Source: Myxococcota bacterium
Lineage (GTDB): Bacteria; Myxococcota_A; Bradymonadia; UBA7976; UBA1532
NCBI GenBank assembly: GCA_963169045.1
Contig: CAUJDF010000075.1
Coordinates: 16,689 to 80,688 of the forward strand
DNA length: 64,000 nucleotides
Direction: 5' to 3'
Part shown: positions 33,041 through 42,949 of the stretch, in pieces
Layout of the letters: each line of letters starts with the position of its first letter
Position numbering within the stretch: position 1 is the first letter of the stretch
The notes under the pieces: generated by a model
What the model saw: only the letters and a program-made list of their open reading frames with translations
What the model was told of the DNA's origin: nothing
The model's database searches: none
Made by a program: the position numbers and the translations under genes

Positions 33041-35290
33041 ATGCTCGCGGCCGTGCAGACGCCCGCCCCCCGTCGCTGGACCTGGGTCCCGGCGCTCATC
33101 CTCGTCTCGACGCTGGCGCTGACCGCCGTCTCGGCCTACTACACCGCCAACGCCGCGCGCGAGCGCGATCACCTCCGCTTCAAGAACGACGCCGAGGGCG
33201 TCGTGCGCGCCGTCGATGCCCGCCTCGAGGCCTATGTCGCCATGCTGCGCGCCGGGCGCGGCCTGCTCGCCGGCGACGTCGAGATCACCCGCGACCAGTT
33301 CCGCGACTTCGTCGCGAGCCTCGAGCTTCAGGCGCACTACCCCGGCATCCAGGGCCTGGGGTATGCCGTCCACGTCCCGCCGGAGCGGCTCGACGCCTTC
33401 GTGGCGGCAGGACGGGAGAAGCTGGGCGAGGGCTTCCGGCTCTGGCCGCCCGGCCCGCGCGAGTCCTACACGGCGATCGTCTTCCTCGAGCCCATGGACC
33501 GCCGCAACCTGGCCGCCATCGGCTACGACATGTTCTCGGAGCCGGTGCGCCAGCAGGCGATGGCGCGCGCGCGCGACAGCGGCGAGCCGGCGGCCTCCGG
33601 GCGGGTCACGCTGGTGCAGGAGATCGAGGGCGAGAAGCAGCCGGGCATGCTGCTCTACCTGCCCGTCTACGAGGGCGATCCGCCGGCGACGGTCGAGGCG
33701 CGCCGCGCGACGCTGCGCGGCTACGTGTATGGCGCGTTCCGCATGTACGACCTCCTCCAGGGCATCGTGCCGGGCGCCGCCTCGTCGCCGCTGGCCTTCG
33801 CCGTCTACGACGTCGCCGATGGCGAGGACGTGCTGCTCTACGACTCGCACCCCGAGGCCGACTCGCCCGACACCCGCGTGGAGGCGGTGTCGCTCGCGGT
33901 GGCCGGCCGCCAATGGCGCCTCGTCTTCCGGGCGCGCCCGAGCTTCGAGGCGGCTTCGGGGCTGTGGCTCGTCCCCTACGTGATCGGCGTGGGGACGCTC
34001 TCGGCGCTGCTGCTGTTCCTCGCCGCCTGGGCGCTGGCGCGCGAGCGCGCCGCCGCGGTGCGCATCGCCGACGAGCTGCGCGTCTCCGAGGGCGCGCTGC
34101 GTGAGAGCGAGCGGGCGCTGCGGCGCCTGGTCGACGCCGAGGGGGCGGCGCGCGTCGAGGCCGAGGCCGCCAGCCGCGCGAAGGACGAGTTCCTCGCCAC
34201 GGTCTCCCATGAGCTCCGCACGCCGCTGCAGGCGATCCTCGGCTGGGCGGCGCTGCTGCGGGAGCCCGACGCCGACGCGGCCATCGTCGCCCGCGCCGTC
34301 GAGACGATCGAACGCAACGCGCGGGCCCAGGAGCGCCTCATCGCCGACATCCTCGACGTCGCGCGCATCGTCAGCGGCAAGCTGCACCTCTCGGTGGAGG
34401 CGGTCGACCTGCGCCGCACCGTGCAATCCGCGGTCGAAGCCCTACGGCCGACCGCCGACGCCCGGGGCGTCGCCCTCGTCATGCGGCTCGACGAGGTCGG
34501 TCGGATCGCCGGCGATCCCGCGCGCCTGCAGCAGGTGGTCTCGAACCTGCTCACGAACGCCGTCAAGTTCACGCCGCAGGGCGGGCGCGTCGACGTCGAC
34601 CTGCGGCGCGAGGCGGGCCGGCTGATCCTCGAGGTGCGCGACACCGGCCAGGGGATCGCGCCGCGCTTCCTGCCGCTGGTCTTCGATCGCTTCCGGCAGG
34701 CCGACGCGTCGGCGACCCGGCGCCACGGTGGCCTGGGCCTCGGCCTGGCCATCGTGCGGCACCTGGTGGAGCTGCACGGCGGCACGGTGAGCGCCGCCAG
34801 CGAGGGCCAGGACCGCGGGGCGACCTTCACCGTGGCGCTGCCGTTCGTCGAGGCGGGGCCCGAGGCGCAGCGCCCGCCGACGGGCGAGCCGCCCGGCGCG
34901 ATCCCGTCGCTCGTCGGCGTCTCGGTCCTGGTGGTCGAAGACGAGCGCGACACGCGCGACGTGCTCGCCCGGATCCTGGGCGACTGCGGCGCCGAGGTCA
35001 CGACGGCGGCCTCGGCGGCGGAGGCGTTCGCCCTCGTCGAGGCGCGGCGCTTCGACGTGCTCGTCGGCGACATCGGCATGCCCGGCGAGGACGGCCTCAC
35101 CCTGATGCGGCGCGTCCGCGCCCTGCCGCCCGACCGCGGCGCCGTCCCGGCGGTGGCGCTGACCGCGTTCGCGCGCCCCGAGGACCGCCACGACGCGCTC
35201 GCCGCCGGCTTCCAGGTGCACCTCGCCAAGCCCGTCGACGCGATCCGCCTCACGCGTACCGTCGCCGGACTCGCCGGGCGCGGCGGTTGA
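33041..35290 (+). CDS. hybrid sensor histidine kinase with a periplasmic CHASE domain, HisKA/HATPase_c and a C-terminal receiver
   Basis: CHASE-type region (YPGIQGLGYAV..., FLEPMDRRNLAAIGYDMFSEP). H-box FLATVSHELRTPL, N/G boxes (NLLTNAVKFTP, RDTGQGI, GGLGLGLAI). Receiver VLVVEDERD...DVLVGDIGMPGEDG...LTAFA...KP. Confidence 0.9.
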   Translation: MLAAVQTPAPRRWTWVPALILVSTLALTAVSAYYTANAARERDHLRFKNDAEGVVRAVDARLEAYVAMLRAGRGLLAGDVEITRDQFRDFVASLELQAHYPGIQGLGYAVHVPPERLDAFVAAGREKLGEGFRLWPPGPRESYTAIVFLEPMDRRNLAAIGYDMFSEPVRQQAMARARDSGEPAASGRVTLVQEIEGEKQPGMLLYLPVYEGDPPATVEARRATLRGYVYGAFRMYDLLQGIVPGAASSPLAFAVYDVADGEDVLLYDSHPEADSPDTRVEAVSLAVAGRQWRLVFRARPSFEAASGLWLVPYVIGVGTLSALLLFLAAWALARERAAAVRIADELRVSEGALRESERALRRLVDAEGAARVEAEAASRAKDEFLATVSHELRTPLQAILGWAALLREPDADAAIVARAVETIERNARAQERLIADILDVARIVSGKLHLSVEAVDLRRTVQSAVEALRPTADARGVALVMRLDEVGRIAGDPARLQQVVSNLLTNAVKFTPQGGRVDVDLRREAGRLILEVRDTGQGIAPRFLPLVFDRFRQADASATRRHGGLGLGLAIVRHLVELHGGTVSAASEGQDRGATFTVALPFVEAGPEAQRPPTGEPPGAIPSLVGVSVLVVEDERDTRDVLARILGDCGAEVTTAASAAEAFALVEARRFDVLVGDIGMPGEDGLTLMRRVRALPPDRGAVPAVALTAFARPEDRHDALAAGFQVHLAKPVDAIRLTRTVAGLAGRGG

Positions 35291-35346
35291 CATCGGACGC
35301 CGTTCTCCCCGAATTTTCTCCGCTGCAACCCGACGAAGCGCATGGC

Positions 35347-36225
35347 ATGACCAGACGGATCCTGATCGTGGAGCGGGACGGGGCCGTCACCCGGACCCTC
35401 GGGGCGCGCCTCGCGGCCCTCGGCTACACGGTCGCGAGCGCCGCCTCCGCCGACGAGGCCGGGACGCCCGACCTCGTGCTGCTGGACGCCGCGCTCCGCG
35501 ACGCGCCGCCCGCCGTCGACGCCCCCGTCGTCGTCGTGGGCGCCGACGAGGGGGTCGCCGACGTCGCGCCGTCCTTCGGCGACCGCGAGCTGGCCACGAC
35601 CCTCGAGCTGGCGCTGTGCCGGCACGTCTCCGCCCGCGCGGCCCACGACGTCGAGGGCTTCTTCGCCGTCTCGCGCGACCTGTTCTGCTTCCTCGACTTC
35701 AGCGGGTACTTCCGGCGCCTGAACCCGGCGTGGGAGCAAACGCTCGGGTTCACGCGCGAGGAGCTCATGTCGCGGCCGTTCGTCGAGTTCGTGCACCCGG
35801 ACGACCGCGCGCGCACCCTCGCCCAGAACGGCGCCGTGCGCGGTGGCGGCCAGGCGGTGGACTTCGAGAACCGCTACCGCTGCAAGGACGGCTCGTACCG
35901 CTGGCTCCTCTGGAACTCGGCGCCGCGGACCGACGAGCGCGTCATCTACGCCGTCGCCCGCGACATCACCGCCCGCAAGCAGGCCGAGGAGGAGCGCGCC
36001 CACCTGCTCGCCGAGCTGCAGGCGTCGCTGGCCGAGGTGCGGACGCTGCGCGAGATCCTGCCGATCTGCGCGTACTGCAGGAAGATCCGCGACGATCAGG
36101 ACTACTGGTCCTCGGTCGAGAGCTACATCGCGCGCCACACCCGCACGCGCTTCACCCACGGCATCTGCCCGACGTGCATGGAGACGGTGGTCGAGCCGGA
36201 GATCGCGGCGCTCGAGCGCGAGTGA
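35347..36225 (+). CDS. atypical receiver-like domain, PAS domain and a conserved 4-Cys C-terminal motif
   Basis: RILIVERDG...DLVLLD (receiver-like, no clear conserved Lys). PAS (FFAVSRDLFCFLDFSGYFRRLNPAWEQTLGFTREEL...YRCKDGSYRWLLWN). Tail ILPICAYCRKIRDDQDYWSSVESYIARHTRTRFTHGICPTC. Confidence 0.75.
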   Translation: MTRRILIVERDGAVTRTLGARLAALGYTVASAASADEAGTPDLVLLDAALRDAPPAVDAPVVVVGADEGVADVAPSFGDRELATTLELALCRHVSARAAHDVEGFFAVSRDLFCFLDFSGYFRRLNPAWEQTLGFTREELMSRPFVEFVHPDDRARTLAQNGAVRGGGQAVDFENRYRCKDGSYRWLLWNSAPRTDERVIYAVARDITARKQAEEERAHLLAELQASLAEVRTLREILPICAYCRKIRDDQDYWSSVESYIARHTRTRFTHGICPTCMETVVEPEIAALERE

Positions 36226-36304
36226 CGCGCCGCGTCACGGAACGGCTCGCGACGACATCGGCCGAACGGCATAATCCGCCGCGGACAACGAGCGGAGGCT
36301 CACC

Positions 36305-36940
36305 ATGCCGGTTCGACTGGGCGACACCGCCCCCGATTTCACCGCCGAGACCACCGAGGGCACCCTGCGGTTCCACGAGTACCTGGGCAGCTCGTGGGGC
36401 ATGCTCTTCTCCCACCCCAAGGACTTCACGCCCGTCTGCACCACCGAGCTGGGCGCGTTCGCCCGGCGCAAGGCCGAGTTCGACCACCGCGACGTGAAGC
36501 TCATCGGCATCAGCGTCGACCCGATCGAGTCGCACCGCGGCTGGATCGGCGACATCGCCGAGACGCAGGGCGCGGCGCTCAACTACCCGCTCATCGCGGA
36601 TCCCGAGCGCAAGGTCGCGACGGCGTACGACATGATCCACCCGAACGCGAACGACACCTTCACCGTGCGCTCGGTGTTCATCATCGGCCCCGACAAGAAG
36701 GTGAAGCTGATGTTGACGTACCCGGCGAGCACCGGGCGCAACGTCGACGAGCTGCTCCGGGTGATCGACTCGCTCCAACTGACCGCGAACCACGCCGTCG
36801 CCACGCCGGTCGACTGGAAGGACGGCGACGACTGCATCATCGTGCCGTCGCTCTCCGACGCCGACGCCAAGACGAAGTTCCCCAAGGGCTGGAAGACGCT
36901 GAAGCCCTACCTGCGCGTCACGCCCCAGCCGAACAAGTAG
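36305..36940 (+). CDS. 1-Cys peroxiredoxin (Prx6 type)
   Basis: [15 protein letters not shown] peroxidatic Cys motif. About 210 aa with the Prx6 C-terminal extension. SD GGAGG. Confidence 0.9.
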   Translation: MPVRLGDTAPDFTAETTEGTLRFHEYLGSSWGMLFSHPKDFTPVCTTELGAFARRKAEFDHRDVKLIGISVDPIESHRGWIGDIAETQGAALNYPLIADPERKVATAYDMIHPNANDTFTVRSVFIIGPDKKVKLMLTYPASTGRNVDELLRVIDSLQLTANHAVATPVDWKDGDDCIIVPSLSDADAKTKFPKGWKTLKPYLRVTPQPNK

Positions 36941-37027
36941 GCGGCGCCGGGCGCGGAGCTCGCGATGGCGGCGGGGTTCCTCCGCAGTCGCTGACGGTGC
37001 GGGGGGGCCGCCGCGCGGGAGAGACGG

Positions 37028-37056
37028 TGTACGCCGACGTCTCGCGCCCGTAGAAT
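37028..37056 (+). promoter_or_regulatory. sigma-70-like promoter TGTACG-N17-TAGAAT upstream of pckG
   Basis: Good -10 (TAGAAT), weak -35. GGAGG SD follows before ATG 37074. Confidence 0.3.
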
Positions 37057-37073
37057 GCGCGCGGAGGATTTCG

Positions 37074-38858
<1,785 letters not shown>

Positions 38859-38861
38859 GCC

Positions 38862-39197
38862 TCACGCCGCTCGGGCGCGCGCGCGGCCGAGCGTCAGGGC
38901 CGCCGCGCCCAGCGCCAGCGCCAGCAGCGCGCCGAACACCGAGTTGTTGATCGACTCGCGGATGCCCGCCGCGAGGATGTCGGCCCGCTCGGACGCCGCG
39001 AACGTCTGCGCCGCCGCCGAGGTGCTCGCGAGCCCCGCCGAGAGCCCCACCATGCCCAGCGCGAGGCAGGCGAACGCGCCGCTCGCCGCGATGCGCGCGC
39101 CGTTCGACGCCCGCCGCGCGATCGCGCCGGCGCACGCGCCCAATGCGACCGCGAGCATGACCCACATGAACAGACCGCCTTCGCGCATGAACTCCAT
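38862..39197 (-). CDS. minimal MotA/TolQ/ExbB-like membrane protein (~111 aa, 3 TM)
   Basis: Start moved to ATG 39195-39197 (MEFMREGGLFMWVML), 5 nt after GAAGGAGG. The C-terminal pattern LGMVGLSAGL...AAGIRESINNSVFGALLALAL resembles the conserved TolQ/ExbB channel helices. The assignment is inferred. Confidence 0.55.
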   Translation of the reverse strand: MEFMREGGLFMWVMLAVALGACAGAIARRASNGARIAASGAFACLALGMVGLSAGLASTSAAAQTFAASERADILAAGIRESINNSVFGALLALALGAAALTLGRARARAA

Positions 39198-39240
39198 CGG
39201 AGCCTCCTTCCCCGGCGCCGTGCCGGCGAAGTCGGGGAAT

Positions 39241-39256
39241 CGCACGCCGCGTGCCA
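39241..39256 (-). promoter_or_regulatory. sigma-54 (-24/-12) promoter, TGGCAC-N5-GTGCG, driving the ExbB-like gene
   Basis: The reverse complement of 39241-39256 reads TGGCACGCGGCGTGCG. The -24 element is perfect and the GC of the -12 element has correct spacing. About 45 nt upstream of ATG 39197, in a 186-bp intergenic gap. Confidence 0.55.
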
Positions 39257-39383
39257 CGCGTAAGTTCGCGAAATCACGAGAGAGGGTGTCCGGTGGAGCG
39301 GACGGGGGCCCCCGGGAGCGTCGGGTCGGGCGGACGGCGCCCGGGTCCGTGCGCGGTGGGCGGTCGCCCGAGCGCGGGCCGGA

Positions 39384-41438
39384 TTACGGCGCGAGGCGGG
39401 GCGTCTCGGGGAGGCGGGCGGCGATCTCGTCGAACGACGCGTCGGCCGCGGGGGCGAGGGCGGCCGCATCGCCGGTGGGGCCGAGGGCGATCGGGAGGGC
39501 GCGCAGGTCGTCGGGCAGCACGAAGGCGGCGGCGGCGGAGGCGCGCGGGTCGGGCGGGGGACCGGGGCTGTAGAGCACGTCGACGGTACGCGCGCCGAGG
39601 TCCCGCGCCAGCGCGAGCACCGGGCGCAACTCGGACCACGGCACGCGACGGTCGACGGCGAGCACGAGGTCGGGCGGGTCGCCCTCGGCGATGCGGGCGG
39701 CGAGGGCCTGCGCGACGACGGCACGGCCGGCCTCGGAGGCGAGCGCCGCGCGCGCCGCGACGCGGACGCCGTCGAGCGACACGTCGCCGCGGCCGATCTG
39801 CAGCGTGGGGCCGACGCGCGCCGGTCCGGCACCCTCGCCGGCGGGCGGGTCGAGGCCGCGCCAGAGGGAGAAGCGCCCGGCGAGCTCGTCCCACAGCGGC
39901 GCGCGCTCGCGGGCGACCACGGCGACGAGGCCGGCCGCGCCGAGGAGGAGCGCGGCGACGGTGCCGAGGCGCGGGCGGCGGGCGCGGGCGAGGGCGACGG
40001 CCACCGAAGCCGCGAGCGAGACGGCGAGCGCCAGGCGGGCGCCCTCGGCGGCGACGAGCGCGTCGGCGCGCGCGCCGCGGGCCAGGCCGTCGCCCCAGAT
40101 CCCCGCCGTCGCCGCCTCGTGCCGCACGACCACCGCCGCCGCGAGCAGCACCACCGCCCCCGGGGCGCTCCGGCCGAGCGCGAGCGCCGCCGCCGCGAGC
40201 CCCGCGACCACGAGCGCCCCGGGATCGAGCGTGGCCGCGGCCAGCGCGAGGAGGGCGACGCCCGCCGCGATCCGCGCGGTGCGCGGCGGCGGCGCGGGAG
40301 GGGCGGGCCCCGCGAAGGCCCGTCCGGCGAGGACGGCGGCGGCGAGACCGAGGCCGAGCCACGCGTTCGCGAGCGACTCGGCGAGGCCGACATGGAAGAT
40401 CACGAAGCGTTGCGCCGCGTCGCTGGCGGCGACGGCGCGCATCGTCGCCGCGAAGCCCGCCGCGGCGCCGAGCAGGCCGGCGACCGCCGGGGCCACCGAC
40501 CACACCGGCCAGCGCAGGGCGAGCGCCGCGAGCGCGACCGGGACCGGCGCCAGCAGGCCACCCTCGCGGAGCCAGGCGCGCGGGTCCGACGCGCCGTGGA
40601 AGCCCAGCGCGACGAGCGTCGCGACGATCCCCGCCGTCGCGAGGAGCCGCGCCGGCACCCGGGGTCGCCGCCCGAACGCGGCGTCGCCCGCGGCCACGAA
40701 GGCGGCGACGTCGGCCGGCCGGTCGGCGGGCTCGCGGGCGAGGCTCCGGGCCACGAACGCCTCGACCTCGGCGGCGACCCCCCCCACGGGCGGCGGCGCT
40801 CCGGTGGCCACCGTGTGCAGCACCGCGCCGGGATCGTCGCCGGCCCACGGCGGCCGCCCCGCCAGGAGGTCGTAGAGCACGGCGGCGAGGCCGTAGACGT
40901 CGGTGCGGACGTCGGCGGGCGCCCCCCACCATCGCTCCGGCGCCAGGTACGCCGGCGTCCCGACGACCGCGCCGGACCGCGACGCGTCGCCCTCGGCGCG
41001 GCCGAGCCCGAAGTCGAGGACGCGCACGCGCCCCGACTCGTCGAGCAGCAGGTTCGCGGGCGACAGGTCGCGGTGCAGGACCCCTGCGGCGTGGGCAGCG
41101 GCCACGACCTCGGCGGCGCCGCGGACGAGCCGCCACGCCTCGGCCGGGGGCACCGGGCCACGGCCCGCGAGGCTCGCGCCGCGGACGCGCTCCAGCACGA
41201 GCGCCGCGCGCCCGTCCGCCGTGGTCGTGGTGCCGTGGAGGCGCGGCACGCCGGGGTGACCGACGCGCGAGAGCAGCCTCGCCTCGCGCTCGATGCGCGC
41301 CGCCTCGCCGTCGCGCGGGATCTTCAGCGCGACCGGCCGCCCGCCGGCGTCGACCGCCGCCCACACGCGCGCGGCGCCGCCCTCGCCGAGCAGGCCCTCG
41401 ACCACGTAGCCGGGCACCCGCGGCGGCGCCTCCGTCAC
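39384..41438 (-). CDS. Ser/Thr protein kinase fused to a polytopic membrane region and a C-terminal ExbD/TolR-like domain
   Basis: Its GTG start overlaps the upstream stop (GTGA). Kinase motifs GEGGAARV, VALK, HRDLSPANLL, DFG, YLAPE. Multiple Ala/Leu-rich TM helices. C-terminal LVLAVDRRVPWSELRPVLALARDLGARTVDVL resembles the ExbD periplasmic domain. Confidence 0.85.
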   Translation of the reverse strand: MTEAPPRVPGYVVEGLLGEGGAARVWAAVDAGGRPVALKIPRDGEAARIEREARLLSRVGHPGVPRLHGTTTTADGRAALVLERVRGASLAGRGPVPPAEAWRLVRGAAEVVAAAHAAGVLHRDLSPANLLLDESGRVRVLDFGLGRAEGDASRSGAVVGTPAYLAPERWWGAPADVRTDVYGLAAVLYDLLAGRPPWAGDDPGAVLHTVATGAPPPVGGVAAEVEAFVARSLAREPADRPADVAAFVAAGDAAFGRRPRVPARLLATAGIVATLVALGFHGASDPRAWLREGGLLAPVPVALAALALRWPVWSVAPAVAGLLGAAAGFAATMRAVAASDAAQRFVIFHVGLAESLANAWLGLGLAAAVLAGRAFAGPAPPAPPPRTARIAAGVALLALAAATLDPGALVVAGLAAAALALGRSAPGAVVLLAAAVVVRHEAATAGIWGDGLARGARADALVAAEGARLALAVSLAASVAVALARARRPRLGTVAALLLGAAGLVAVVARERAPLWDELAGRFSLWRGLDPPAGEGAGPARVGPTLQIGRGDVSLDGVRVAARAALASEAGRAVVAQALAARIAEGDPPDLVLAVDRRVPWSELRPVLALARDLGARTVDVLYSPGPPPDPRASAAAAFVLPDDLRALPIALGPTGDAAALAPAADASFDEIAARLPETPRLAP

Positions 41439-42949
41439 GGCCGCCGCAGCTCGAAGGCGCGGATGAGCTCGTAGAGGTGGGAGCGCGCGAGGTCGAGCCG
41501 CCGCGCCGCCTCGGTGACGTTCCACCCCGCCTCGCCGAGCGCCTCGAGCAGCAGGCGGCGCTGGAACGCGCGCGTCGCGCCGGCGAACGTCGCCGCCTCC
41601 GCCGCGGTCGACGCGCCGGGGAAGAGGTGCGCCGGCTCGACCTGCGCCGCGCCCTGCGCGCGGATGAGGCCCGCCTCGACGACGTTGGCGAGCTGCCGCA
41701 CGTTGCCCGGCCAGTCGGCGGCGGCGAGCGCGGCCACCGCCGATGGCGACAGGCGCGCGCGCGGCAGGCCGTGCCGCTTCACCGCGCGGTCGAGCAGCGC
41801 CCCGGCGATGGGCGCGATGTCGGCGCGACGCGCGTCGAGGCCCGGCAGCCGGACGGGCAGCACCGCCAGGCGCCAGTACAGGTCCTCGCGAAACGTCCGC
41901 GCGGCGACCGCCTCCTCGAGCGCGGCGTTCGTCGCGGCGACGATGCGCACGTCGGCCTCGAGCGGCTTCGTGCCACCGAGCCGGAAGTAGCGGCGACTCT
42001 GCAGGAACTGCAGCAGCTTGGCCTGGCTCGGCAGCGGCAGCTCTCCGATCTCGTCGAGGAACAGCGTGCCGCCGGCGGCGGCCTCGACCTTGCCCTCGAC
42101 GCGGCGGTCGGCCGCGGAGTGGGCGCCCTTCTCGGCGCCGAACAGCTCGCTCTCGACGAGCGTGTCGGGCAGCGCCGCGCAGTTGAGCTCGATGAACGGG
42201 CCGCGGGCGCGCCGGCTCGACGCGTGGATCGTGCGCGCCAGCTCCGTCTTGCCCGCGCCGGACGGCCCGAGCAGCAGCACGGTCACGTCGAGCGGGGCCA
42301 CGAGCGCCACCCCGCGCAGGACGTCCGCCAGCGCCTCGGATCGGCCGGCGAGCGCGTCGGCGCCCTGCAGCTGCGCGCGCCACGGCGCCGTCGGATCGGG
42401 ACCCGCCTCGCCGAGCCGGTCGGCCCAGGGCGCCACGGCGCGCGCGAAGTCCTCGAGCAGCCGGCGATCGGCCTCGGAGAACGGGCCGGGCGCCGGCCGC
42501 TCGGCCACGTACACCGCGCCGGCCCCGGCGATCGGCGCGCACATCACCGCGGCGAGGCGGCCGGCGGCCACCGACCGCCGCGACGCGAACCGCGGATCCT
42601 CATGGGCGACGGCGGTCGAGATGGTCTCGCCGCGCGCCAGCGCCTCGCGCACGATGCCTCGCGACAGCACCGCGTCGACCTCGTCGGGGTCGCAGGCGTG
42701 CGCGAGCAGGAAGCGCGGCGCGCCCGGCTCCCCCAGGGCGAGGTAGCCCTGGCGCGCGCCCACCGCGGCCACCACGCGGCGCAGCGCCTCCTCGAGCAGC
42801 GGCCGCGGATCCTCTGCGCCGGCCAGCGCGAACAGGCCCCGGTACAGGTCCCGCTCCGCGGTGAGTCGGGCGTCGGCGCGTGCTTCGGTCACGTCCGGCA
42901 GGATCGCCGCGGCCGACCCGGGGGTCAATTCGGGCGAGTGACGCGTCAC
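41435..42949 (-). CDS. GAF-domain NtrC-family AAA+ transcriptional activator with a degenerate GAFTGA loop (GAHSAA)
   Basis: Its GTG start overlaps the upstream stop (GTGA). GAF-like N-terminus, Walker A GPSGAGKT, Walker B LFLDEIG, R-finger region, HTH NVTEAARRLDLARSHLYELI. Confidence 0.85.
   Translation of the reverse strand: MTRHSPELTPGSAAAILPDVTEARADARLTAERDLYRGLFALAGAEDPRPLLEEALRRVVAAVGARQGYLALGEPGAPRFLLAHACDPDEVDAVLSRGIVREALARGETISTAVAHEDPRFASRRSVAAGRLAAVMCAPIAGAGAVYVAERPAPGPFSEADRRLLEDFARAVAPWADRLGEAGPDPTAPWRAQLQGADALAGRSEALADVLRGVALVAPLDVTVLLLGPSGAGKTELARTIHASSRRARGPFIELNCAALPDTLVESELFGAEKGAHSAADRRVEGKVEAAAGGTLFLDEIGELPLPSQAKLLQFLQSRRYFRLGGTKPLEADVRIVAATNAALEEAVAARTFREDLYWRLAVLPVRLPGLDARRADIAPIAGALLDRAVKRHGLPRARLSPSAVAALAAADWPGNVRQLANVVEAGLIRAQGAAQVEPAHLFPGASTAAEAATFAGATRAFQRRLLLEALGEAGWNVTEAARRLDLARSHLYELIRAFELRRP

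Noticed and set aside
28214-34426. A 2070-aa minus-strand ORF spanning more than 6 kb
   Set aside because: Only its last ~250 aa (28214-28966, an alpha/beta hydrolase with lipobox and GFSQGG) look like protein. The rest is Arg/Ala/Gly/Asp-rich antisense of well-supported plus-strand genes (SRCR lipoprotein, EamA, CHASE kinase). It is a typical high-GC stop-codon-poor artefact.
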